A stretch of 64,000 bases of DNA from Octopus sinensis (lineage: Eukaryota). Positions 24,045 to 36,150 of the stretch are shown piece by piece. The stretch covers positions 11,904,001-11,968,000 of the forward strand of contig NC_043016.1 of assembly GCF_006345805.1 (NCBI RefSeq), in the 5' to 3' direction. Below the pieces are notes generated by a model. It saw only the letters and a program-made list of their open reading frames with translations. It did not search any database and was not told where the DNA came from. The stretch's first letter is position 1, and every line of letters starts with the position of its first letter. The position numbers and the translations under genes were made by a program.

Positions 24045-24932
24045 CACATGCATACATACATGCATACATACATACATACATACATACATGCATACATACA
24101 TACATACATGCATACATACATACACATACATGCATGCATACATACATGCATGCATACATGCATACATACATGCATACATACATACATGCATGCATGCATA
24201 CATACATGCATGCATACATACATGCATACATACATACATGCATGCATACATACATGCATACATACATGCATACATACATACATATACATGCATGCATACA
24301 TGCATGCATGCATGCATACATACATACATACATACATGCATGCATACATACATGCATACATACATGCATGCATGCATACATACATACATGCATGCATACA
24401 TACATACATACATACATGCATACATGCATACATACAATCATGCATACATACATACATGCATACATACATACATACATGCATACATGCATACATACATACA
24501 TGCATACATACATACATGCATGCATACATACATACATACATACATGCATACATGCATACATACAATCATGCATACATACATACATGCATACATACATACA
24601 TACATGCATACATGCATACATACATACATGCATACATACATACATGCATGCATACATACATACATACATACATGCATACATGCATACATACATACATATA
24701 CATGCATGCATACATGCATGCATGCATGCATACATACATACATACATACATACATGCATACATACATACATACAATCATGCATACATACATACATGCATA
24801 CATACATACATACATGCATACATACATGCAGGCATACATGCATGTATGTATGTATGTATGTATGCATGTATGTATGTATATGTATGCATGTATGTATGTA
24901 TGCATGTATGTATATGTATGCATGTATGTATG
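23873..24932. repeat. (CATA/CATG)n tetranucleotide array, switching to (TATG)n near 24835
   Basis: direct reading. Confidence 0.95.
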
Positions 24933-24957
24933 CAGTCAGAGAGACAGACAGACAGAC

Positions 24958-25268
24958 ACGCATCTTCATCCATTCTCGCCACATGACCATACCAGCGCAG
25001 TCGTCTCTCTTGCACACCACAACTGATGCTTCTTAGGTCCAGCTTTTCTCTCAAGGTACTTACACTCTGTCGAGTATGAACACTGACATTACACATCCAT
25101 CGGAGCATACTGGCTTCATTTCTTGCGAGCTTACGCATATCCTCAGCAGTTACAGCCCATGTTTCACTACCATGTAGCATGGCTGTTCGTACACATGCGT
25201 CATACAGTCTGCCTTTTACTCTGAGCGAGAGGCCTTTTGTCCCTAGCAGAGGTAAGAGCTCTCTGAAC
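24958..25268 (-). mobile_element. RTE ORF2 thumb fragment
   Basis: MLHGSETW..MLRWMC..RRLRWYGHVARM. Confidence 0.9.
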
Positions 25269-25519
25269 TTTGCCCAGGCTGTTCTTACTGACAGTAAGAA
25301 CAGTATCGCCTTACTATCACATGTGGTGGTGGTATGTGAAAAACAACATTCGAGTGTGGTTGTTGCCCGTGCCGCTAGACTGACTCCTGTGAGGGTGCAT
25401 CATCATCATCGTTTAACGTCCGTTCTCCATGCATGTAAAAAAAAACTCTTGAGCGAAGTCATTGCCAGTACCGCATGACTGGCCCTCATGCCGGTTGGAT
25501 ATAAAAGCACCCACTACAC

Positions 25520-25523
25520 TATA

Positions 25524-25559
<36 letters not shown>

Positions 25560-25882
25560 TGTGTGTGTGTGTATATATGCATGTATGTATTTATGTATGT
25601 GTGTATGTATGCATGTATGTATGTATGTGTGTATGTATGTGTGTATGTATGTATGTATGTATGTGTGTATGTATGTATGTATGTATGTATGTATGTATGT
25701 ATGTATGTGTGTATTTATGTATGTATGTATGTATGTATGTATGTATGTATGTGTGTATGTATGTATGTGTGTATGTATGTATGTATGTATGTATGTATGT
25801 ATGTATGTATGTATGCATGTATGTATGTATGTATGTGTGTATGTATGTATGTATGTATGTATGTATGCATGCATGCACACAC
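25520..25882. repeat. (TATG)n microsatellite
   Basis: direct reading. Confidence 0.95.
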
Positions 25883-26441
25883 ATAATGTAGCTCCAATTT
25901 TCTGAAGTTACTGTATATGTTGTGGAGAAAAACAGCTGGGCTACATATTTCTCTGGGATTGGTCAAGTGATGTAGACACTTCCGATGAGAACCCAGTGCC
26001 CAGTGAAGTTTCAAAATTGGTTAAGGCTGTTTGCCATTCTTTCAATTTACAGAGAAATAATTAGATTTGGCCTGTTTGTATATATATACTATATAGGTTT
26101 ACATGTGTGTGTCTGTGTGTGTGTGTGTATGTGGCTGCTAAAATATTACTAAGAAATTACAGTTGTTGATACCATCAAATATGTTCCAAAATAAATATGT
26201 TCCTCTGAGGCTATGATAGAAATATTCAGTATTTAAGGAAGCATTAAGTAATATGGATTCAGTTACAAAGTCAGAATCGGTTTTTTTGTTTGTTTGTTTC
26301 ATTTTATAATTCAGTCTACTTTGTATATTGGTGTCTAGATGAAATTAGTGAAATAGTTATTTCTTATTCTCATTTACAATGGCCAAAATAAATATGTATT
26401 TTCAAAAAATTTGTTACATGCGATAGAAGCAGTATTACATT

Positions 26442-27073
26442 AGTGGTGAGCTGGCAGAAACGTTAGAACACCGGGCGAAATGCATAGCGGTATTTTGTCT
26501 GCCACTACGTTCTGAGTTCAAATTCCACCGAGGTCGACTTTGCCTTTCATCCTTTCGGGGTTGATTAAATAAGTACCAGTTATGCACTGGGGTCGGTATA
26601 ATCGACTTAATCCGTTTGTCCATCCTTGTTTATCCCCTCTGTGTGTAGCCCCTTGTGGGCAGTAAAGAAATAAGAAACGTTAGCATGCCAGGCAAAATGC
26701 TTAGCGGTATTTCATCTGCAGCTACGTTCTGAGTTCACATTCCGCCGAGGTCGACTTTGTCTTTCATCCTTTCAGGGTTGATTAAATAAGTACCAGTTAT
26801 GCACTGGGGTCGATATAATTGACTTAAGCCATTTGTCTGTTCTTGTTTGTCCTCTCTGTGTTTAGCCCCTTGTGGGTAGTAAAGAAATAGGTATTTCGTC
26901 TGCCGCTATGTTCTGAGTTCAAATTCCACCGAGGTCGACTTTGCCTTTCATCCTTTCGGGGTTGATTAAATAAGTACCAGTTATGCACTGGGGTATATAT
27001 AATCGACTGAATCCGTTTGTCTGTCCTTGTTTATCCCCTCTGTGTGTAGCCCCTTGTGGGCAGTAAAGAAATA
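26442..27073 (+). mobile_element. Trimeric tRNA-derived Meta-domain SINE (family B) with 17-bp TSD
   Basis: three gtcgactttg(c/t)ctttcatcctttc..aagtaccag blocks; TSD agaagca(g/a)tattacatt at 26425-26441 and 27074-27090. Confidence 0.85.
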
Positions 27074-27247
27074 AGAAGCAATATTACATTGAAATAGATT
27101 TCTGATGGATCGTATTTAAATATATATCACTCTATTGACCAGACTATTGGTTGTTGTTATATTAAACATCACTGATCACAATGTGCTTCCCCACTTTGTG
27201 AATGGTGCTGCCCCATTGGCTAAGTAAGCAGGCAGGCCAGTGGTACC

Positions 27248-27467
27248 TTAACCCTTTCAAACCAGCCATATCTGGCCAAAATATTTAACGTTTTGTGATG
27301 AAACTGGCCAGATCCAGCTTCTCACATCAATCCTACAATGTCATTCGAAAATTAAACAATCACATCATTGAAATCTCAAAGCTATGAGAAAATGCAGGAT
27401 CAATTCAAAACAACATAAATAAACAAACATTATATTCGACAGAGTAATATGAACACTAAAGGGTTAA
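27248..27467 (-). mobile_element. TTAA MITE (second family)
   Basis: ttaacccttt..aaagggttaa. Confidence 0.8.
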
Positions 27468-27815
27468 GCAAGTGTCTTCTACTGTGTCTTTGGGCTGATC
27501 AAAAAAGCCTTGTGAGTGAATTTGGTAGATAAAAATTGAAAGAAGCCCATCACACACACACACACACACTTACGTGTGTGTGTATGTTTGTGTTTGTGTT
27601 TATTCCCCACCACCACTTGACAACCGGTGTTGGTGTGTTTACATCCCTGTAACTTAACAGTTCGGCAAAAGAGAACAATAGATTAAGTACCAGACTCTGA
27701 ATATATTAAGCACTGGGGTTGCTGTGTTTGACTAAAATTCTTCACGACAGTGCTCCAGCATGACCGCAGTTTAATGACTGAAACAAGTAAAAGTATAAAA
27801 GTATAAAAGATAAAG
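27468..27815 (+). mobile_element. Family A SINE, 5' part missing
   Basis: gcaagtgtcttctact..actgaaacaagtaaaag. Confidence 0.8.
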
Positions 27816-27945
27816 GATAAAAAAAAAAAGCTAAATCAACTTCAGTGTTTATCCTGGAATAATATCACTTATGGAGTTTTATTCAACTGGCTGACTAATT
27901 GCAACATCAGTGGTGTTTCAAAACGTTACATTCCTTTATTAGTGA

Positions 27946-28314
27946 CTAGCAGTATCGCCCGGCGTTGCTCGGGTTTGTAAGGGAAATAACTATATAAGCA
28001 TTTTTGGAGATGTAAAGTATAATAGCCATCTCAATATGGCTAACCACAAAGGGGGGGGTGTTGTTACTGTAGCTTTTTATGTTCTGAGATTTAATAATAA
28101 ATTTGTAGAGAGTTACTTCCCTTATATATGCCAAAAATGCCTTAAAAATGGGAAAAATTTATTGTAAATTTTTTTTAAAATCGTAGACTCATCGTAGACG
28201 CGCACTAATACCCAGAAGGGCTCGATATGAATTACGACTATAAAATGTGGGAGTAGTTAGGAATCTAAATCGTAGGAGACAGACAGCACACAACCTCTAT
28301 TTTATGTATAAAGA
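27946..28314 (-). mobile_element. Non-autonomous Helitron (same family as 1446-1840, about 30-bp internal deletion)
   Basis: CTAG/hairpin and TC ends; close sequence match. Confidence 0.85.
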
Positions 28315-28480
28315 TGACAGATCTTGTCAAAGCATGTGGTTGCTTGTGAGTACATTGTCAAAAGAAGTGTTTTGGGGACGGGCGAGGGTGGGGGAGGTTG
28401 CCATGTTGCTGTTGTTGTTGTTGTTGTTGGCTGGTCTGAGGTGATAACTTGTTGAGTTTCTCAATATAAACATATTTCTA

Positions 28481-28693
28481 AGGCAGTGAACTGGCAGAAA
28501 CGTTAGCACGCCAGGCAAAATGCTTAGCGGTATTTTGTCTGTCTTTACGTTCTGAGTTCAAACTCTGCCAAGGTGAACTTTGCCTCTCATCCTTTCAGGG
28601 TCAATAAATAAAGTACCAGTTGTGTACTGGGGTCAATCTAATCGACTGGCCCCCTCCCCCAAAATTTTGGGCCTTGTGCCTAGAGTAGAAAAG
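28481..28693 (+). mobile_element. Family B SINE (alternative tail)
   Basis: ggcagtgaactggcagaaacgttagc head; TSD aatataaa(ca/tg)tatttct. Confidence 0.8.
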
Positions 28694-29168
28694 AATATAA
28701 ATGTATTTCTGAGTGTGTGTTAGGAAATAACTGACCACACCTGAAAGCAATTAACAGAACATGCCCAGACAAACTCCAGCGAGGCAGAAATGTTCATCCC
28801 ACATTCTCACTACAGTTGTTGGATAATTTTCCTCTGCTAATTTATGTTTATGTTTCCATCATTAAACACAGCACATCAATAAGAGATTCTATCTCCAGAT
28901 AAACACTGCTGTTAATCTGATATTATCCTTTATCTTTTACTTGCTTCGGTCATTAGATTGCAGCCATTGTAGGGAACAACCTTGAAGAATCTTTCATTAA
29001 ATGAATCAACACCAGTATTTATTCTTATTTTTGTAATCCTGGTACTTACTCTATCGGCCTCTTTTGCTGAACTGCTAAGTTATGGAAATGTAAGTTTAAT
29101 AATAACACCTGTTGTAAAGCCGTGGTGGGAGACAATCATATACAAGAACACACACAAACACATGTCTC

Positions 29169-29243
<75 letters not shown>

Positions 29244-29307
29244 TATATATATATACATACATATACATATATATACATATATATGTACATATATATATAT
29301 ATATATA

Positions 29308-29700
29308 TCATCATCATCATCATCATCATCGTTTAGCGTCCGTTTTCCATGCTCGTATGGGTTGGACGGTTTTACTGGAGTCTGTGAAGCCAGAAGGCTT
29401 CATCAGGCCCAGTCAAATCTGGCAGTGTTTCTACGGCTGGATGCCCTTCCTAACGCCAACCACTCCGAGAGTGTAGTGGGTGCTTTTTACGTGCCACCTG
29501 TACAGGTGCCAGACAGAGCTGGCAAACGGCCACGAACGGATGGTGCTTTTTATGTGCCACCGGCACGAGGGCCAGGCGAGGCTGGCAACGGACACGAAAC
29601 GGGGCGGTGCTGGCAACGGTCGCGAAACGGAAGGTTCTCTTACATGCCACCGGCACTGGTAACACATCTGCAATTTCCATTGATCGATTTCAATTCTGAT
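29308..29700 (-). mobile_element. RTE 3' end within (TA)n
   Basis: (cat)n gtttagcgtccgttttccatgc..ggatgcccttcctaacgcc. Confidence 0.85.
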
Positions 29701-29715
29701 CCTCTGATATATATA

Positions 29716-29754
<39 letters not shown>

Positions 29755-29785
29755 CATATACATATATATACATATATATATGTAC

Positions 29786-29818
<33 letters not shown>

Positions 29819-29934
29819 GTTTGTACTGTCGTTACCGTCTTGCTTTTTTTACCCCTCTGCGAAAAGATCTCAGAATTTTAATTGATTTGCTTTTCGCAGG
29901 AAGGACTTTTCTTCGAAGTATACATCTCGCTTTT

Positions 29935-29984
29935 ATCCTTCGAAACGTTTAGTAGATGAAACCTTAGCGACTGAAGAAGGGGAT
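29935..29984 (+). ncRNA. Type II (open stem II) minimal hammerhead-like motif in a (TA)n-embedded element (about 29820-30175)
   Basis: ATCCTTC GAAA CG TT TAGTAG-loop-TTAGCGA CTGAAGA A GGGGAT. Confidence 0.45.
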
Positions 29985-30174
29985 TTTTCGTTGTGCTTAT
30001 TGTCCTGTATCTCTTTTTTTGCTTGTCTTGTTCCTTGGTTTGTGTCTATGTTTTTCGTCTCTCTATGTGTTCGACGTCTTTTTGGTGTCCTGTACACATA
30101 TATGCGTGTATATGTACATGTAGAGGTAGGTACGTACATATATGTTTATATATATGCATATGTTCTATTTTATT

Positions 30175-30218
<44 letters not shown>

Positions 30219-30347
30219 GAAATGAGGTAATCAGAAGATCGGATGGTTTATATTTACAGATATTTATTTATATATTACATTTTTTACATATATATCATAT
30301 CACTTAGATCATTACCGCTTTCTCCCATTCTAGTGGGGTTTTATATA

Positions 30348-31085
30348 TGCCAGTGGGTGTAACCAGCCCATTTATGAATACCCCTCATTCATTGAACAAT
30401 AAACCTTGCTTGTGAAGACCTATTGAGGCATGTGAAATCAAAATCAAAATTGCTGACGTAGCCGATGACAGTACCGCCTGATTGGCACTCGTGCCAGTGG
30501 AATGTTAAAAGTACATCTGAACGTGGGGTGTAGCCGGCCCACTTAGGAGTACCCCTCATTCATCGGACAATGAACTTTGCTTGCGAAGACCTATTGAAGC
30601 AAGTGTAAACAAACCAAAATCGCTGATGCGACCGATGACAGTACCGCCTAATAATTGGCACTCATGCCAGTGGAATGTTAAAAGCACATCTGAGCATGAT
30701 TGTTGCCAGGGGCCTCAGATTGGTTCCTGTGCCGGTGACACATGAAAAGCACCATTCAAACATGATCATTGCCAACGTCGCCTTACTAGCACATGTGCTT
30801 GTGGCACATGAAAAACAACATTTGAGGGGGGTCATTACCTGTACCACTGGACTGGCTCCCTTGCATGTAGCACATAAAAACACCTTTTGAGCATGAGCAT
30901 GGTCATTGCCAGAACCGCCTGACTGGCCCTTGTGCCAGCGACATGTAAAAAGCACCCACTACACTCTTGGAGTGGTTGCTGTTACCAGACCAGATTGGAG
31001 CCTGGTGCAGTCTCTGGTTCACCAGTCCTCAGTCAAACTGTCCAACCCATGCCAGCATGGAAAGCAGTCATAAATGATGATGATG
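30348..31085 (+). mobile_element. RTE 3' UTR with tandem repeats and tail
   Basis: repeated ggcac..aaaagcacc units ending ccatgccagcatggaaa..(gat)n. Confidence 0.8.
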
Positions 31086-31104
31086 ATATATATATATATA
31101 TATA

Positions 31105-31158
<54 letters not shown>

Positions 31159-31206
31159 TGATAGATAGATAGATAAATAGATAGATAGATAGATTGATAG
31201 ATAGAT

Positions 31207-31548
31207 ATAAATAATAATGAGAATAGAGATTTATATATCCAGTTTCATTCTGCAGCCAATCACATCTTTCCATTCCTGAACCGACATATGTTTCTGCTGC
31301 CACTTAGTGCACACTGCACAATTTTCCATCTTGCTGTGCAGTCTGGTGTTAACTGCTGATTCTTCAAGGTGCTATTAACTGCATTTCAAATCCCATCTGA
31401 ACTAAATGCAATTAACACCAAGATGCATAATTCTGCAGTGTGCACAAAATCGCAGCAGAAATATATGTAGGTGCAGAATTGGAAAGACATGATTGAATGT
31501 CGAATTAAAATGGATATACAAATCTCTGTTCTCCTTAATTATTAATTT
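31207..31548. mobile_element. Foldback MITE with about 130-bp imperfect inverted arms
   Basis: gagaatagagatttatatatcc..gtgcacactgca versus tgcagtgtgcac..ggatatacaaatctctgttctc. Confidence 0.7.
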
Positions 31549-31755
31549 ATCATTTCTTCTCTGCCAACAGCATGCAGTCACTGTAGAGACATATGGATTT
31601 ACTGATGTGAAGATTTACTGAGGATAGTAAAACAACCTAACTGGAGATTTTCTACACTCACACAGTGGCATTATTAACCAGTAAAAGTGAATATGGCACC
31701 CATTTGGATTCTACCAACCTAATTTGGAAATTTACTTTCTCCATTTTCTTTCTTT

Positions 31756-31787
<32 letters not shown>

Positions 31788-31789
<2 letters not shown>

Positions 31790-32615
31790 TCATCATCATC
31801 ATCATCGTTTAACATCCGTTTTCCGCGCTAGCATGGGTTAGACGGTTCGACCGGGGTCTGGGAAGCCAGGGGCTGCTCCAGGCTCCAGTCTGATCTGGCA
31901 GAGTTTCTACGGCTGGATGCCCTTCCTAACGCCAACCACTCCGCGAGTGGAGTGGGTGCTTTTTACGTGCCACCTGCACAGGGGCCGGGGGGTCCGGCAT
32001 CGGTCACGATCGATTCGAGCTTTTAACGTGCCAGCGGCACGGGAGCCAGCCAAGGCGGCACTGGCAACGTTCGGATGGTCTTACCGGCACAGAGGCCAGT
32101 CGGGGCAGCGCTGGCATCGGCCACGTTCGGATAGTACTTTTTATGTGCCACCGGCACAGGCATCATAACTCCTATTTCCATTGATATTTATTTCGACGTT
32201 CATGTACTTGACTCAACAGGTCTCCTCAGGCACAGCAGGACGATCTGGGATCCGGGGTACTTTGAATGGGCAGGGGCTAAGTGGAACTGATGCAGGAAGC
32301 AGCCCGGGTCTTTGCAGTCACAGCATATCTCCAGAGATCTCGGTCCTTCGCCATTGCCTCGGTGAGGCCCAACGCTCTGAGGTCATGCTTGACTACCTCA
32401 TCCCATGTCTTCCTGGGTCTACCTCTCCCCCTGATACCTTCAACTGTTTGGGAGTGGCACTTCTTCACACATCTCTCTTCATCCATCCGCAGCACATGAC
32501 CATACCATCGCAAATGTCACTCTTGCACACCACATCTGATGCTTCTTATATCCAGCATTTCTCTCAGGATGCTTACACTCTGTCGTGCGTGCACACTGAC
32601 ACTACACATCCAGCA
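31788..32615 (-). mobile_element. RTE LINE 3' end (ORF2 C-terminus plus tail)
   Basis: MRWYGHVLRMDEERCVK..GRGRPRKTW..DRDLWR. Confidence 0.9.
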
Positions 32616-32635
32616 TTGTTATTTCTGTTCTATTT

Positions 32636-32690
32636 TAACAAAACTGTCTGACGAACGGGAACGTGAAACTCTGAGTAACAGCTTTTGTTA
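32636..32690 (+). ncRNA. Canonical type I hammerhead ribozyme
   Basis: stem I taacaaaa-ctgt/acag-c-ttttgtta; core CTGACGA; stem II ACG-GGAA-CGT; GAAA; stem III ACT-CTG-AGT; predicted GUA cleavage after 32677. Confidence 0.8.
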
Positions 32691-32801
32691 TATTTCTGCT
32701 GCTTTTAAATAAAGCATATTACTCTACCACTGGTATTTGAATACTCTTTTTTCCACCTTGTTTCACATTTATGTGCTTACTCCGGTATATATATATATAT
32801 A

Positions 32802-33590
32802 TCATTATTGTTGTTTAACGTCCACTTTCCATGCTGGCATGGGTTGGACAGTTTGACTGAGGCCTGGTGAGCCAAAAGGCTGCACCAGGCTCTAATCTAA
32901 GCTGGCAAAGTTTCTGCAACTGGATGCTCTTCCTAATGCCAACCTCTCTGAGAGCACAGTGGGTGCTTTAATGTGCCATTGGCATGAGGGCCAGTCAGGC
33001 AGTACTGGCAGCGACCATGCTCAAATGGTACTTTTTACATGCCACCTGCGCAGAAGCCAGTCAGGCGACACTGGCAATGATCACACTGAAATGGTGCTTT
33101 TAACGTTCCACTGGCATGGGTGCAAGTCAGGTGGTACTGTCCTTGGCCACGACAAAGGTTTCACTTGCCTTAACAGGTTTTCACAAGCAGAGACTATTGC
33201 CCAATGATTGAAGGGTACGCTTAAATGGGCTGCTTATGCAACACTGGCATATGCCATGGTTATAGTCTCACTTGGCTTTCCGGGTCTTCTCAAGTGCAGC
33301 ATATCTCCAAAGGTCTCAGTCACTTGTCATTACCTCAGAGAGGTCCAATGTTCAATGGTCATGCTTCACCACCTTGTCCCAGGTCTTCCTGGGTCTACCT
33401 CTTCCACAGGTTCCCTCAACTGCTAGGGTGTGACACTTTTTCACACAGCTGTCCTCATCCATTTGCAACACATTACCATACTAGTGCAGTCGTCTCTCTT
33501 GCACACCACATCTGATGCTTCTTATGTCCAACTTTTCTCTCAGGGCACTTACACTCTATTGTGTATGCACACGGACATTACACATCTAGC
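32802..33590 (-). mobile_element. RTE LINE 3' end (diverged)
   Basis: ccaggtcttcctgggtctacctcttcc (GRGRPRKTW antisense) plus 3' repeats and tail. Confidence 0.85.
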
Positions 33591-34340
33591 ATATATATAT
33601 ATAGAGAGAGATATATACACACACAAACACACACACACATGATGGATTTCTATCAGTTTTCTTCGACCAAATCCACTCATAAAAGCTTTGGTTGGCCCAA
33701 GGTGCCACACAGTAGGATTGAACCTGGAACTATGTGGGTTGGAAGTAAACTTCTTACCACACAGCCATGCCTCCCTTACATGAAATATTTACACGAACTA
33801 TGATATACAGATGGCTATGTATTTTTACAGAGAAATCTAATATGCAAGCTGTTTTATACAGGACTACTTGAACAGAGCTGACCTGGAGATATACTACAAC
33901 GACAATTATTGCAACAATGACAGTAATAAAAACCTCCATTCACCTGTTGTTTCAACAGAACATACAATGCCTCAGTTATTCAAATTTTAGTGCTCAATGT
34001 TTTTGTCCTATTGTCATTTATACAAAGATTTGCAATCTAAAACTATAATGACTTCATTGTTTTTCTGTTACCTTTGCTAAATCTTACACTTTATTCTTCG
34101 TTCTATTTCTGTTCATTGCTTACAAAACCCATGTCTGTGTGCGTGTGTATGTGTGTGTCTTATATATTATGTATGATATAAAAACACGTGCGCATATACA
34201 TTATATATACGTGTTCGTGTGTGTGTGTGTGTATGTATATATGCATGTGCGTATATGTATGTATATATGCATGCATATGTGTGTGTGTGTATGCGTATAT
34301 GTGAGTGTCTATGTATGTATGTATGTATGTATGTATGTAT

Positions 34341-34453
34341 GTCATTGTTCAGTTTTTATTTCAAGATATCTTGCCAGTAGAGAAAGAGCCGGTTTCTAAC
34401 CTAGATACAAGGCTTCTTCATTGGAATTTCAACATCAACAACAGGGTATTTTT
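34341..34453 (-). repeat. Short (TATG)n-embedded element with a degenerate hammerhead-like layout
   Basis: GAAATT CCAATGA AGA AGCCT-loop-AGGTT A GAAA CCGG CTC TTTC; second copy at 14747-14833. Confidence 0.5.
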
Positions 34454-34526
34454 GTTTGTATATGTATGTAAGTATGTATGTACGTATGTATGTATGTATG
34501 TATGTATGTATGTATGTATGTGTCTC

Positions 34527-34557
<31 letters not shown>

Positions 34558-34787
34558 ATGTATGCATGCATGCATATATGCATGCATGCATGTATGTATG
34601 TATGTATGTATGTATGTATGTATGTATGTATGTATGTATGTATGTATGTGTGTATGTATGTATGTATGAAATGTATGTATGTATGTATAGTTAATCCAAA
34701 CATGAACAATGAGAAAACACAACAACATGAGGATGTGGAACAAGTATAGTGTTGTTGGACGCTCAGGAAAGGAAAGAAAGAAGGAGG

Positions 34788-34823
34788 ATTTAATGTTTCG
34801 AGCAGAGCTCTTCGTCAGAAACA
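34788..34823 (-). ncRNA. Minimal type I hammerhead motif in a short element (about 34690-34905)
   Basis: TTT CTGACGA A GAGC TCT GCTC GAAA CA TT AAA. Confidence 0.65.
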
Positions 34824-35081
34824 TAGAAAAAGGAAAGATCCAAGGAAGGGAAGACAGAGGAAGAAAATCACCAACGATACACACGCAGTCACATATTGAA
34901 AATGATGTATGCATGCATGTATGTATGTATATGTACAGATTTGTATGTTTTGTTTTATGTATGTATTCTCATGCATACAGTTGCATATCTAGACATGCTT
35001 ATATGTATGTATATATTGTCTTTTCCTCAGGTTAAGCTTTTCAACTGTCCTGTGAATTCTCTTTGAAGAAACTTTTAGTGA

Positions 35082-35510
35082 GATGCAACGTTTTATGAAG
35101 TGAAGTCATTGAATAGCTATCTTCTTCTTCACACGATGCCTAACAGTATTCCATGAGATTCCAGTAGCTGCAGCTCTTGGAATTTCAGAATTGCACTTCT
35201 TTGACAAGTGTTTAAAATTTGAAACCATGCACTGAAACCAAATCAATTATAGCATGGAAGACTTATAGACTTATTTCAGCTTTTCGAAAACAGACAGGAG
35301 CTAAATAAGAAATGACTAAGTGAAGTAATAACAGTTTCTGTGTTTTTGAATGGCCAAAATAAGTCCTTCATGATGTAATTCCTCAGCTTCAACAAACTGT
35401 CTCAGATAAAATCACTCTCTTGGAAAATTCAAAATCCTGAGAAAGACTGTTGAATGTTACCTAAAGAAGACAGCAATTGTCAATAACTTCACTTCGTAAA
35501 ACTCTGCATC
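35082..35510. mobile_element. Non-autonomous DNA transposon with about 45-bp TIRs
   Basis: gatgcaacgttttatgaagtgaagtcattga versus tcaataacttcacttcgtaaaactctgcatc. Confidence 0.6.
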
Positions 35511-36150
35511 ATTATCATCATCATCATTGTTTAATGTCCATTTTCCATGCTGGCATGGGTTGGACGGTTTGACTGAGGTCTAGAGAGCCAGCAGCTGTAC
35601 CAGGCTCCAATCTGATCTGGCAATGTTTCTTATTTCTTTATTGCCCACAAGGGGCTAAACACAGAGGGGGCAAACAAGACAGACAAAGTGATTAAGTCGA
35701 TTACATCAACCCCAGTGCATAACTGATACTTAATTTATCGACTCCGAAAGGATAGAAGGCAAAGTTGACCTTGGCGGAATTTGAACTCAGAACATAGTGA
35801 CAGACAAAATACTGCTAAGCACTTCACCTAGCGTGCTAACGTTTCTGCCAGCTTGCCACCTTGTGTTTCTACAGTTGGATGCCCTTCCTAATGCCAACAA
35901 CTCCAAGAGAGTAGTGGGTGCTTTTTACATGCCACCAGCACAGGAGCCAGTCAGGCAGGCCTGGAATCGATCCCATTTGGATGGTACTTTTACATGTCAC
36001 TGGCACAAGAGTCCGTCAGGGGGTACTGACACTGGCCATGATCAGTTGGTGCTTTTTATGTGCCACCAGCATGGGAGCCAGTCAGGTGGGCCTGGCATTG
36101 ACCATGTTTGGATGGTGCTTTTTATGTGCCGCCAGCACTTGCCCCAGCTG
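35511..36150 (-). mobile_element. RTE 3' end with nested family B SINE (about 35630-35858)
   Basis: RTE tail split at tgtttct, which is repeated on both sides of the SINE. Confidence 0.8.

Noticed and set aside
23777-26014. Long His/Thr/Tyr/Ile and Met/Tyr/Val/Cys ORFs (up to 419 aa)
   Set aside because: Stop-free translations of (CATA/CATG)n microsatellites in several frames; no coding signal.
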